The position numbers and the translations under genes were made by a program. A stretch of 64,000 nucleotides of DNA from Candidatus Dormiibacterota bacterium. Lineage in GTDB: Bacteria > Chloroflexota > Dormibacteria > Aeolococcales > Bog-877. This document shows positions 40,848-50,388 of the stretch, piece by piece. The stretch's first letter is position 1. Every line of letters begins with the position of its first letter. Location: assembly GCA_049583555.1 (NCBI GenBank), contig JBAUWA010000095.1, positions 6,533-70,532 of the forward strand, in the 5' to 3' direction. A model generated the notes under the pieces. That model was not told where the DNA came from and did not search any database. It saw only the letters and a program-made list of their open reading frames with translations.

Positions 40848-42476
40848 ATGATCCCTCGGGACCTCACGGCGCTGCCTAACCTGCTTCACCCCCGCGCCAG
40901 CGCCGGACCGGTGCGCAGTCGCCGACCTGCCTACGTCGACCTGATGCCGCCCTGCAATGCGGGTTGCCCGGCGGGCGAGAATATCCAGTCCTGGCTCGCC
41001 AGCGTCGAGGCTGGGAACCACGAGCAGGCGTGGCGTCAGCTAGTCACCGACAACCCCATGCCCGCCATTCATGGTCGGGTCTGTTATCACCCCTGCGAGA
41101 CCGTCTGCAACCGAGCCGAGCTCGACAGTGCAGTCTCGATCCATTCCGTGGAACGGTTCTTGGGTGATCTCGCTCTGGAGAAGGGATGGATCCTCGACCC
41201 GCCATCGCTGCGCAGTCACAAGCGGGTTCTGGTGATCGGTGCTGGGCCCAGCGGGCTGTCGGCCGCCTACCACCTGGCGCGCCTTGGTCACGAGGTCGAG
41301 ATTCGCGACGCCAGTCCCGAGTCAGGCGGGATGATGCGCTATGGCATCCCCGCCTACCGGCTGCCTCGTACGGTGCTGGCCGGGGAGTTGCAGCGGATCG
41401 CCGCGTTGGGCGTGCGGATGACCTCCGGACACCGTGTCACCAACCTCGACGAGGAGCGGCGCGAGGGCAACTTCGACGCCGTCTTTGTGGCAGTCGGGGC
41501 GCATCTTTCCAAGCACGTTGACATACCGGCCCGCGACGCTGGGCGACTGTTAGATGCGCTTGCGTTTCTGCGCAGCGTCGCATCCGGGGCGCCGCCGGTC
41601 ATCGGACGCCGCGTGGCCGTCTACGGCGGGGGCAACACTGCAATGGACGCCGCTCGCACGGCTCGACGCCTGGGTGCCGACGAAGCGGTCATCATCTATC
41701 GCCGGACCAGAGCTCAGATGCCCGCTCACGAGGAGGAGGCTCAGGAGGCCGAGCGCGAGGGCGTGAAGATCAACTGGCTTAGAACGATCACGGAGGTTCA
41801 GGGACCGGAGCTAACGGTAGAGGCGATGGAACTCGACGAAAAAGGCTTCCCCCAACCCACCGGGCGCTTCGAAAGTCTCGCCGCGGACACAGTGATTCTG
41901 GCCGTTGGCCAGGACGCCGACACCGCCTTTTTGAGGTCGGTGCCCGGGGTGGAGTTCACCCGGGACGGTACGGTGGTGGTGTCGGCCTCGATGATGACCG
42001 GCTGCCCGGGGTTGTTCGCCGGAGGCGACATGGTGCCAGCCGAGCGCACCGTGACGGTCGGCGTTGGTCATGGCAAGAAGGCCGCTCGGAACATCGATGC
42101 CTGGCTCCGTGGCGCCGACAGTTCGGTCGTCACCAAGCACGAACTGGCGAGCTTCGACCAGCTGCATCTCTGGTATTTCGGCGACGCGGCCCAGCGCCGC
42201 CAACCGGAGCTGGCACCCGAGGAGCGGATCGATACCTTCGCCGAAGTGGCCGGCGGCCTGACGGCCGAGGCGGCTAGCTACGAGTCGGCCCGCTGCCTTT
42301 CGTGCGGGAATTGCTTCGAGTGCGACGGCTGCCTCGGAGCCTGCCCCGAGGACGCGGTGATCAAGCTCGGCATCGGCAATCGCTATCGGTTCGACTACGA
42401 CCGCTGCACGGGTTGTGGCGTTTGCTTCGAGCAGTGTCCGGTGCATGCCATCGAGATGGTGGCGGAAGAAGGCTGA
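40848..42476 (+). CDS. GltD/PreT-like NAD(P)H-dependent FAD oxidoreductase with N-terminal [4Fe-4S] domain and fused C-terminal 2x[4Fe-4S] ferredoxin domain
   Basis: N-terminal Cys cluster (CNAGCPAG...CYHPCETVC) as in the glutamate synthase small subunit. Two Rossmann GxGxxG motifs (VIGAGPSGL and VYGGGNTAMD). The C-terminus carries CLSCGNCFECDGCLGACP and CTGCGVCFEQCP ferredoxin motifs. The stop overlaps the PFOR ATG (TGATG). Confidence 0.8.
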   Translation: MIPRDLTALPNLLHPRASAGPVRSRRPAYVDLMPPCNAGCPAGENIQSWLASVEAGNHEQAWRQLVTDNPMPAIHGRVCYHPCETVCNRAELDSAVSIHSVERFLGDLALEKGWILDPPSLRSHKRVLVIGAGPSGLSAAYHLARLGHEVEIRDASPESGGMMRYGIPAYRLPRTVLAGELQRIAALGVRMTSGHRVTNLDEERREGNFDAVFVAVGAHLSKHVDIPARDAGRLLDALAFLRSVASGAPPVIGRRVAVYGGGNTAMDAARTARRLGADEAVIIYRRTRAQMPAHEEEAQEAEREGVKINWLRTITEVQGPELTVEAMELDEKGFPQPTGRFESLAADTVILAVGQDADTAFLRSVPGVEFTRDGTVVVSASMMTGCPGLFAGGDMVPAERTVTVGVGHGKKAARNIDAWLRGADSSVVTKHELASFDQLHLWYFGDAAQRRQPELAPEERIDTFAEVAGGLTAEAASYESARCLSCGNCFECDGCLGACPEDAVIKLGIGNRYRFDYDRCTGCGVCFEQCPVHAIEMVAEEG

Positions 42477-45400
42477 TGGCCGCGACGCTAGACGGGAACG
42501 AGGCGACAGCCTCCGTCGCCTACCGGCTCAACGAGGTCTGCTGCATCTTCCCAATCACACCATCGTCGCCGATGGCCGAGCTGGCCGACGAGTGGTCGAG
42601 TCAGGGCCGAACCAACATCTGGGGCAGCGTGCCCGCAGTGATCGAGATGCAGAGTGAGGGAGGCGCCGCTGGTGCCCTGCACGGAGCTCTACAGGGAGGG
42701 GCTCTGTCGACGACCTTTACGGCCTCCCAGGGACTCTTGCTGATGATCCCCAACATGTACAAGATCGCCGGCGAGTTGACGCCCACCGTGTTCCACGTCG
42801 CGGCCCGTTCACTGGCCGCGCAGGCGCTTTCGATCTTCGGCGATCACTCTGATGTGATGGCGGTTCGCCAGACCGGCTTCGCCATGCTCGCTTCCTCATC
42901 AGTCCAGGAGACCCACGATATGGCGGCCGTGGCCCAGGCTGCCACGCTCAGGGCACGGATCCCCTTCGTCCACTTCTTCGACGGCTTCCGGACCTCACAT
43001 GAGCTCAACACAGTAGAGCTGCTTTCTGATGAAGACCTGGCCGCGCTGGTGCCCGACGAGCTGGTGCAGGCGCACCGCGGGCGGGCCCTCTCGCCAGAAC
43101 ATCCATTCATTCGCGGCACCTCCCAGAATCCCGATGTCTACTTCCAGGCGCGCGAGACGGTGAATCCTTTCTACGAGCGCACGCCCGGGATGGTGCAGGA
43201 CGCCATGGGCCACCTGGAAGAGCTCACCGGGCGGCCCTACCATCTCGTCGACTACTCCGGGCATCCGGAAGCGGAGCGCGTCCTCGTGGTGATGGGCTCC
43301 GGCGCCGAAACTGCGCGCGAGACCGTAGCCCACCTCGCCGGAAGGGGCGAGCGGGTGGGGGTAGTTACGGTCCGGCTCTACCGGCCATTCCCGGCCCAGG
43401 CGCTGCTTCGAGCACTGCCTCCCACCGCGGCACGGATCGCGGTCCTGGACCGAACCAAGGAGCCCGGCTCGTTCGGTGAGCCACTGTTCCTGGATGTTCT
43501 GGCCGCTTTGGCTGAGTCGCAGGCTGAGCGAGGATTTATGCCGCTCGTGACCGGCGGTCGCTACGGGCTCTCTTCCAAAGAGTTCACTCCGGGGATGGTG
43601 GCCGGAGTGTTCGAAGAGCTCGGGTTCGAGCGACCACGAAGCCGATTCACGGTTGGGATCAACGACGACGTCTCAGGCACCAGCATTGCCTATCAGGCGT
43701 CACTTGACATCGAGCCGCCAGAGACTCTGCGGGCGGTCTTCTTCGGTCTCGGTTCGGATGGGACCGTCAGCGCCAACAAGAACACGATCAAGATTCTTGG
43801 CACCGAGGGAGAGCTGTACGCACAGGGCTACTTCGTATATGACTCGAAGAAATCGGGCTCTCAGACTGTGTCGCACCTGCGCTTCGGCCCCCATCCGATC
43901 CGAGCACCATATCTTGTGAATCAGGCCAGTTTCATTGGCTGCCACCATTTCGAACTGCTCAAGCGGGTCGACATCCTGGAGTGCGCCGCGCCCGGCTCGA
44001 CCCTCTTGCTGAACTGTCCCCATCCTGCTGACGAAGTCTGGGACCTGCTAGCCCGTCCGATCCAAGAGCAGATAATCAGCAACTCGATCCAACTCTACGT
44101 AATCGATGCCGGACGAATCGCGCGCAAGTTCGGACTCGGTGAACGCATCAACACGGTGCTACAGACTTGCTTCTTTGCCATCTCCGGGGTACTGGAGCCG
44201 GACATAGCGATCTCCCGCATCAAGGCGGCCATTACCAAATCCTACGGGTCACGTGGGGCAAAGGTGGTCGAGGCCAACCTTCAAGCGGTGGATGTCGCCA
44301 TCGAAGGTCTGGAGCGCGTCCAGGTTCCCGCCGCGGCGACTGCTACGGCCGAGATGCCATCTCTGGTACCCGACAATGCACCCGAGTTCGTCCGCACGGT
44401 GACCGCCAAGATGATGGCCGGGCATGGCGACGAACTGCCGGTCAGTGCGCTTCCGCCAGACGGAACTTGGCCCAGTGGGACGGCGGCGTTCGAGAAACGC
44501 AATGTCTCCGATCTGGTGGCACTTTGGGATCCTGATTTATGCATCCAGTGCGGCAAATGCAGCTTTGTCTGCCCGCATAGCGTTATCAGGTCCAAGTACT
44601 ATCCCAAGTCCCTCCTGATGGAGACACCGGAGACCTTTCGCTCGGCACCGCTTTCGGCGCGAGGGCTGCCCGACACCGCCTTCACCTTGCAGGTGTACGC
44701 AGAGGACTGCACCGGGTGCGCATTGTGCGTCGAAGCCTGCCCGGTCTCGGCCCCTGATGACCCAGCGCACAAGGCCATCAACCTGGCACCGCGCGAGCCA
44801 TTGGCGACCATCGAGCGGGAGAACATCGCATTCTTCGAAACCCTGCCGGTCGTGGACCGAGCGCGTGTGGACTTCGGAACAGTTCGCGGGACTCAATTCC
44901 TTCAGCCTCTCTTTGAATTCTCTGGTGCCTGTGCCGGCTGCGGTGAGACCCCGTACCTGAAGCTGCTATCCCAACTATTCGGCGACCGGGCAACGATCGC
45001 CAACGCCACCGGTTGCTCATCAATCTACGGTGGGAATCTGCCAACCACACCCTGGACCACCAACCGCGAAGGCCGTGGTCCCGCCTGGTCGAACTCTCTC
45101 TTTGAGGACAACGCCGAGTTTGGACTGGGCTTGCGTCTGGCGGCCGACCGCCACGTCGCGCTGGCCCGCCGACGCCTTGGCCAACTGCGAAAGGAACTCG
45201 GCGCGGAGCTAGTCGATGCCATCCTCGAGGCACCGCAGCGTTCGGAGTCGGAATACCAGTCCCAGCGTGACCGGGTTGCCGAGTTGAGACGCAGGCTAGA
45301 ACACTTGACCGGGCCCGCGGCGCAAGACCTAACCAGTGTCGTTGACCAGCTGGTTCGCCGCAGCGTGTGGATCGTCGGCGGAGACGGCTGGGCATACGAC

Positions 45401-46039
45401 ATTGGCTCCGGTGGACTTGATCACGTCCTGGCCAGCGGTCAGGACGTGAATGTGCTGGTGCTGGACACCGAGGTCTATTCGAACACCGGAGGCCAGATGT
45501 CCAAGGCGACGCCGCTGGGGGCGGTCGCCAAGTTTGCTTCCGCAGGTAAGACTGCAGAGAAAAAAGACCTTGCGCTGCAGGCGATCGCGTACGGTACCGT
45601 CTACGTGGCCCGGGTCGCGATGGGTGCGGACCCCCAGCAGACCCTGCAGGCTTTTCGGGAGGCTGAGGCCTACGAGGGTCCATCGCTTCTGATCGCCTAC
45701 AGCCACTGCATCGCCCACGGCATCGAGATCCGCCGCGGGCTTGACCAGCAGTACCGGGCCGTGGCCAGTGGGATCTGGCCGCTACTACGCTACGACCCGA
45801 CGATTCGTGCCGCAGGCGGCAACCCGTTCTTGCTTGACTCACCCCGGCCCCACATTCCACTCACCAGCTATACACAACAGGAACTGCGCTACAGCACGCT
45901 GGCACACACCGATCCCGCCGAGGCTGAGCGTCTCGCTGGCCTCGCCCAGTCCTCGGTCCGTCTGCGCTGGGCGACGTATGAGGATATGGCGACCTGGCCC
46001 GCCCAGCGCTTCGCGAGCGATGCTCGCCGAGAGCGCTGA
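42476..46039 (+). CDS. Pyruvate:ferredoxin (flavodoxin) oxidoreductase, single-polypeptide NifJ/PFOR type (2-oxoacid specificity not established)
   Basis: 1187 aa with all PFOR domains in order, including the ferredoxin domain (CIQCGKCSFVCPHS, CTGCALCVEACP) and the TPP-binding domain (GGDGWAYDIGSGGLDH). ATG at 42476 overlaps the upstream stop. The ORF track extension from 42302 lies inside the previous gene. Confidence 0.9.
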   Translation: MAATLDGNEATASVAYRLNEVCCIFPITPSSPMAELADEWSSQGRTNIWGSVPAVIEMQSEGGAAGALHGALQGGALSTTFTASQGLLLMIPNMYKIAGELTPTVFHVAARSLAAQALSIFGDHSDVMAVRQTGFAMLASSSVQETHDMAAVAQAATLRARIPFVHFFDGFRTSHELNTVELLSDEDLAALVPDELVQAHRGRALSPEHPFIRGTSQNPDVYFQARETVNPFYERTPGMVQDAMGHLEELTGRPYHLVDYSGHPEAERVLVVMGSGAETARETVAHLAGRGERVGVVTVRLYRPFPAQALLRALPPTAARIAVLDRTKEPGSFGEPLFLDVLAALAESQAERGFMPLVTGGRYGLSSKEFTPGMVAGVFEELGFERPRSRFTVGINDDVSGTSIAYQASLDIEPPETLRAVFFGLGSDGTVSANKNTIKILGTEGELYAQGYFVYDSKKSGSQTVSHLRFGPHPIRAPYLVNQASFIGCHHFELLKRVDILECAAPGSTLLLNCPHPADEVWDLLARPIQEQIISNSIQLYVIDAGRIARKFGLGERINTVLQTCFFAISGVLEPDIAISRIKAAITKSYGSRGAKVVEANLQAVDVAIEGLERVQVPAAATATAEMPSLVPDNAPEFVRTVTAKMMAGHGDELPVSALPPDGTWPSGTAAFEKRNVSDLVALWDPDLCIQCGKCSFVCPHSVIRSKYYPKSLLMETPETFRSAPLSARGLPDTAFTLQVYAEDCTGCALCVEACPVSAPDDPAHKAINLAPREPLATIERENIAFFETLPVVDRARVDFGTVRGTQFLQPLFEFSGACAGCGETPYLKLLSQLFGDRATIANATGCSSIYGGNLPTTPWTTNREGRGPAWSNSLFEDNAEFGLGLRLAADRHVALARRRLGQLRKELGAELVDAILEAPQRSESEYQSQRDRVAELRRRLEHLTGPAAQDLTSVVDQLVRRSVWIVGGDGWAYDIGSGGLDHVLASGQDVNVLVLDTEVYSNTGGQMSKATPLGAVAKFASAGKTAEKKDLALQAIAYGTVYVARVAMGADPQQTLQAFREAEAYEGPSLLIAYSHCIAHGIEIRRGLDQQYRAVASGIWPLLRYDPTIRAAGGNPFLLDSPRPHIPLTSYTQQELRYSTLAHTDPAEAERLAGLAQSSVRLRWATYEDMATWPAQRFASDARRER

Positions 46040-47049
46040 TGGATCTTGCGACCGATTACATGGGACTGGCGCTCCGTAACCCCCTGGTTGCCTCAGCTTC
46101 TCCCATCTCCCACACCGTGGAGGGGGTACGTCGGCTCGCCGAGGGTGGTGTCGGGGCAGTGGTGCTCCACTCTCTCTTTGAAGAGGAGTTGGCCGAGGAG
46201 GCAGAACGTCAAGAACGTCTGGTGGAGGTTGGCAGCGAGAGCTTTGCCGAATCGCTGTCCTATTTCCCGGGCGTGGCGAACGCTCAGTTCGGCCCGCGCA
46301 ACTACCTCAGTCTGGTGGAGCGTTCGGCGGCCGCACTCGAAGTCCCGGTCATAGCCAGTCTCAATGGAGCCACCCCCAGCGGCTGGACCGGATATGCCCG
46401 GGCCATGCAGGATGCCGGGGCCGCCGCGATCGAACTCAACATCACCTATCTTCCGGCCGACAACAGAGTCTCAGGCAGCGATGTCGAGCAGCGCCATCTT
46501 GAGGTTCTTCAGCTGGTCAAGGCGTCGGTGAGCATCCCGGTTGCAGTCAAGCTCAGCCCCTACTTCAGCTCGATGGGAGAGATGGCTCGGAAGCTGGACG
46601 ACGCCGGCGCCAACGCCTTGGTGCTCTTCAACCGATTTCTCTATCCCGATATCGATTCAGAGTCCCTGGGCCTGGCTCCTGGCTTAGGACTCTCCAGGTC
46701 GTCGGAGGCCAGACTGCCCCGTGCCTGGATCGCGCTCCTCCACGGGCGAGTCAGTTGCGCCCTGGCTGCCACCACGGGTGTGGAAGCTCCGGAGGACGTC
46801 GCCAGTTACCTGCTTGCCGGTGCCGACGTGGTCATGACCACCTCCGCGCTGCTCCGCCACGGACCCGAGCATGCCAAGGTGCTGCTCGGCGGCCTGTCCG
46901 CTTGGATGAACCGCAAAGGCTTCGCAAACGTCGGTGCCCTGCGCGGAAAGCTTGCGGTCGGGTCCCAAGGGGATCAGGCAGCGCAGGCCCGAGCTGGTTA
47001 TGTTGCGGCCCTGCGTGCAGCCAACGCGGCCCCGTATGGGCCCTGGTGA
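46039..47049 (+). CDS. Dihydroorotate dehydrogenase-like (PyrD/PreA-family TIM barrel) protein lacking the catalytic S/C-P-N motif
   Basis: 336-aa class-1 DHOD-like fold (NPLVASASP..., AIELNITYLP, VAVKLSPY). The catalytic Cys/Ser motif seen in the genuine pyrD at 52460 (ELNISCPN) is replaced by ELNITYLPA. ATG overlaps the PFOR stop (TGATG). Confidence 0.75.
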   Translation: MDLATDYMGLALRNPLVASASPISHTVEGVRRLAEGGVGAVVLHSLFEEELAEEAERQERLVEVGSESFAESLSYFPGVANAQFGPRNYLSLVERSAAALEVPVIASLNGATPSGWTGYARAMQDAGAAAIELNITYLPADNRVSGSDVEQRHLEVLQLVKASVSIPVAVKLSPYFSSMGEMARKLDDAGANALVLFNRFLYPDIDSESLGLAPGLGLSRSSEARLPRAWIALLHGRVSCALAATTGVEAPEDVASYLLAGADVVMTTSALLRHGPEHAKVLLGGLSAWMNRKGFANVGALRGKLAVGSQGDQAAQARAGYVAALRAANAAPYGPW

Positions 47050-47183
47050 GGCCGCCGACCTTCCGCTCTAGCTGTCGGTGAGCGGTTGGTACGTTCCGGC
47101 GCCCTCAGCTCAAAGAGATCTCCGACTCTCTCGGCGCGCCAGCGGGTTTCATCCGGTGAATACTGCCGGCGCAGGGGGTTGCG

Positions 47184-47678
47184 TCAGTCGCCGGGTACGG
47201 CCTCCTGGAACTGGAAGCCCCAGTCTGGACCTCCGCACCAAGCGCAAGCCACCGGTGGATAGGTGCCCCGCTCCGCAATACCGCACCGGCCGCACACCCA
47301 CTGGTGCTGACAGAGGTATGTAACTAGCCTTCTTCGCGAGACCCGGCCCACCAGTTTGCCGTGGCAGACTACCAGAAGCGACGACAGGCGCTGCTTGAAC
47401 AACAGCTCCGCCGCCTCCGAAATGGGACGCCCTTCGTCGATCGTCCGCGTTGGGCCTGTCATGACCTCTGCCACGGTGCGGCCGCGCTGGCCGCGCAAGC
47501 TGGCCTCACCCACACTTCCCACCACTTCCATGTAGTTGTTGACAACTGGAAGATTGGTGAGGTGGTCCCGCCGCAACTCACTTGCGGCACTCAGTGCGCT
47601 GGCCGAAGCGTTGACAGCGACCACGTCGTGGCTCATCATCGCCCAAACCCTTGGTGACCTGGTTGGGCTTGCGCTCAC
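47184..47678 (-). CDS. CBS-pair domain protein with C-terminal zinc ribbon
   Basis: Two CBS motifs (VVAVNASASALSAASELRRDHLTNLPVV, GRPISEAAELLFKQRLSSLLVV) followed by CGRCG...CAWCG. The real start is probably the internal Met at about 47639. Confidence 0.65.
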   Translation of the reverse strand: MSASPTRSPRVWAMMSHDVVAVNASASALSAASELRRDHLTNLPVVNNYMEVVGSVGEASLRGQRGRTVAEVMTGPTRTIDEGRPISEAAELLFKQRLSSLLVVCHGKLVGRVSRRRLVTYLCQHQWVCGRCGIAERGTYPPVACAWCGGPDWGFQFQEAVPGD

Positions 47679-47978
47679 AACCTATCCTCCTAGGCGACCA
47701 TCACATCGGGTGGGGGACCACCCTGGGCCTCAGCCTAGGAGGTGGTTGGACGCGCGAACACCGTGAAATCGCTCGCTGCGCGACCGTGGAACCACTCGGG
47801 CGGAGGAGTCTGACCAGACCCTCGCGTGGAATTGCCCCCCCAGTAGCTGGGTGGAATCACCCCTGTCCTCTTGAGAGGAACGCTCGTAGCAGGGCAGTAC
47901 GGGCCGTCCGAACATGTAGCTAGGCACTTGATCAAGGCTCAAAAGTAGGTGGAGCGAGCGTTTCAAGGAGGTAGGTTT

Positions 47979-48479
47979 ATGACACGTTGGGACCCGTGGA
48001 GTGACATGTTCAATCTGGAGGGTGAGTTGACGCGCCTCGTCAACGAAAGTTACGGCCCAGAGGTCGCATATGGCCGCGGCGCTTTGCCGGCTCTCCTCCC
48101 TCTAGACATCCGCCAGACCGAAGGTGAGTTCGTGCTCGAGGCTTCGGTTCCAGGTTTCTCTCCCCAAGAGGTCGAGCTGACATGGGACGAGGGCATCCTC
48201 ACCATTAGAGGCGAGAAGAAGACCGAGACTGAATATGAGGGTCGCTACCTACGCCGCGAGCGCAGGCAGCAGTCGTTCTGGCGTCAGCTGACACTCCCTC
48301 ACGAAGTCAAGTACGATCAGATCAGCGCCGTCTTCACCAACGGTGTACTGACCATCCGTATCCCCCGGGTAGCGGCTCCTGCGCCGAAGAAGATCCCAGT
48401 GGGGATCAGTGCCGCCAAGCCAGGGCTAGAGGCATCGGTGACGCCGACCGAGCCAGCAGCGCTGGCAGCCCAGAGCTGA
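47979..48479 (+). CDS. Hsp20/alpha-crystallin family small heat shock protein
   Basis: Alpha-crystallin domain (FVLEASVPGFSPQEVELTWDEGILTIRGEK, LTLPHEVKYDQISAVFTNGVLTIRIPR). ATG at 47979 has an AAGGAGG SD. A Rho-independent terminator follows. Confidence 0.9.
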   Translation: MTRWDPWSDMFNLEGELTRLVNESYGPEVAYGRGALPALLPLDIRQTEGEFVLEASVPGFSPQEVELTWDEGILTIRGEKKTETEYEGRYLRRERRQQSFWRQLTLPHEVKYDQISAVFTNGVLTIRIPRVAAPAPKKIPVGISAAKPGLEASVTPTEPAALAAQS

Positions 48480-48498
48480 GTGCTCTAGGCTTTCCGAA

Positions 48499-48535
48499 CC
48501 CCGGAGTGGCTAATCCTGCTCCGGGGCTTTCTTTG
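48499..48535 (+). terminator. Rho-independent terminator downstream of hsp20
   Basis: CCCCGGAG-(12-nt loop)-CTCCGGGG, a perfect 8-bp GC-rich stem, followed by CTTTCTTTG. Confidence 0.6.
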
Positions 48536-48823
48536 CGCCGCGGACCCAATCCGCGGCTCGCGTGAGTGCACCGCAGCGCTCCAGACCGGGCCAACGCAAG
48601 GTGAGTCACCACTGCGGGTAGAGGACCAAAGTCGACGGTGGCGCCGCGTTTGGGCAGAGGAGTGCAAGAATCGGACACTGCCGGCGCCTGAGCGTGAGAG
48701 CCAGCCTGGGGCATGGGGCTATCCGAGGCGTGCGGGTCGGCAAAAGTCGGCGATGAGGGAGGAAAACGATTGCCAACGATTTGCTGCGGGTCGCCTGATG
48801 CCCTGGAGAGACGGGCCACCTAG

Positions 48824-49720
48824 ATGGGCATTCTCGGTGAGTTCAAGCTCCGGGGCGGCGGAGGAGAGCCGGTCGATTGGAGACGCACTCTCTCATCGCA
48901 CGGGGTCGCAACTTTACCTCCCAACCAGGTTGACACAACCGCATGGACTCTAGAGACGACGCTAGTAACTGAGGGTTTCCGCGCGCGCAGCGCACGCTTG
49001 AGCCAGGTTCGTCCCGGCGTCGCGGCGGCGTCCGTGGGCGGGAGGGTCGGCTCGGTGGAGAGTGGCTTCCTCATCTCGACGTTTCGGCGGGTATTGCGAC
49101 TTGACGAGGATCTTTCCCGCTTCTACGAGCAGGCGGCGACAGATCCGGACCTTGCTTGGGTGACGGAGGGAGGGGGCAGGATGCTCCGTAGCCCGACGGT
49201 GTTCGAAGATGTGGTCAAGACCGTTTGCACCACTAACTGTGCCTGGTCTGCCACCGAGCGGATGGTAGGGGCACTCGTTCAGCATTTAGGTAGTGCCGAT
49301 CCCGGTGGTCGTCATGCCTTCCCCAGTGCTCAGTCGATGGCCGAAGCCGACGACGCCTTCTATCGGCTGCAGGTCCGCGCCGGCTACCGCGGTGCCTACT
49401 TGAAGGCGCTCGCCACGCAGGTGGCCGATGGGGAGATCGATCTTGAGGCGCTGAACGACCCCGAGCTTCCCGATGCCGAGGCCGAAGCCCGTCTCCGCGC
49501 CCTGCCGGGGGTGGGGCCGTACTCGGCCGCGCACATCATGCTCACCGGGCTGGGCCGGTATGGGTTGCTGGTTCTCGATTCCTGGACCCGTCCCACTTTC
49601 GCACGACTCAGCGGTCACAAAGCTTCAGACCGGGCGATCCATCGCCGTTTTCGCAGGTACGGAAAATACCAGGGGCTTGCCTTCTGGTTGTACGTCACAC
49701 GGCACTGGCTCGAGGACTGA
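48824..49720 (+). CDS. HhH-GPD superfamily DNA glycosylase (AlkA-like, 3-methyladenine DNA glycosylase II family)
   Basis: AlkA-type N-terminal domain plus the HhH-GPD motif (LPGVGPYSAAHIMLTGLGRYGLLVLDSW) with the catalytic Asp. 298 aa. Confidence 0.75.
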   Translation: MGILGEFKLRGGGGEPVDWRRTLSSHGVATLPPNQVDTTAWTLETTLVTEGFRARSARLSQVRPGVAAASVGGRVGSVESGFLISTFRRVLRLDEDLSRFYEQAATDPDLAWVTEGGGRMLRSPTVFEDVVKTVCTTNCAWSATERMVGALVQHLGSADPGGRHAFPSAQSMAEADDAFYRLQVRAGYRGAYLKALATQVADGEIDLEALNDPELPDAEAEARLRALPGVGPYSAAHIMLTGLGRYGLLVLDSWTRPTFARLSGHKASDRAIHRRFRRYGKYQGLAFWLYVTRHWLED

Positions 49721-49802
49721 GCCTACCGCGCTGCGGGTGCCAGGTTCGCGAGAAGCTGGTGGTCGCCGATCGCGTGCCTCGCCTATCCTCGCCTATCATC
49801 GG

Positions 49803-50288
49803 TTGGTGCCCAAGGATGCTCGATTGGACTTTCCCGCAGGGAACCAGGACGAGCGGGAGCTCTTGCTGAGTTGGCTTCGCTTCCTGCGGGGCGCGGTGGT
49901 GCGCAAGGTGGAGGGGCTGAGCGAAGAGAACGCGCGGTGGCGCCCGGATGGTGCGCTCATTTCACTGCTCGGGATCGTCAACCATCTAGCGCATGTGGAG
50001 TGGCGCTGGATAGAGGGCGCCATGCTCGGTCGAGATGTGAGCCGGAGTGAGGAAGAGTTCCACCCCGGTCCCGAGCTCACGGTCGGAGTTGCGTTGGCGG
50101 CATACCGCGAGAGGGCAGCGATCACTAACGAGGTGGCGCGGGCGATGCCGTCGCTGGCCGAGCCCACCAAACGTGGCGATGGAACCGACCTGCGCTGGGT
50201 TTTGTTGCACCTGATCAACGAAACCGCGCGCCACGCCGGCCATGCAGACGCCACACGCGAGCTCTTGGACGGCACGACCGGCGAGTGA
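49803..50288 (+). CDS. DinB_2/DUF664 family protein (mycothiol-dependent maleylpyruvate isomerase N-terminal-like fold)
   Basis: Conserved pattern DERELLLSWLRFLRGAVVRKVEGLSEE...SLLGIVNHLAHVEWRW, with three His residues spaced for metal binding. TTG/GTG start at 49803/49806, because the in-frame ATG is absent. Confidence 0.6.
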   Translation: MVPKDARLDFPAGNQDERELLLSWLRFLRGAVVRKVEGLSEENARWRPDGALISLLGIVNHLAHVEWRWIEGAMLGRDVSRSEEEFHPGPELTVGVALAAYRERAAITNEVARAMPSLAEPTKRGDGTDLRWVLLHLINETARHAGHADATRELLDGTTGE

Positions 50289-50388
50289 GACGCCAGCGAT
50301 AGCAGCGCATCCCAGTCCGATCTGCACCGACAGTAATCAAGAAAATCGGGAGGAAATCCGGCTTGGCTCATAACAGGGACAATCACCG

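Noticed and set aside
40330-40851. 173-aa plus-strand ORF and 138-aa minus-strand ORF spanning the tRNA-Lys gene.
   Set aside because: They cover a clean cloverleaf tRNA and its flanks. Composition is Ala/Arg/Pro-rich and there is no SD. Spurious.
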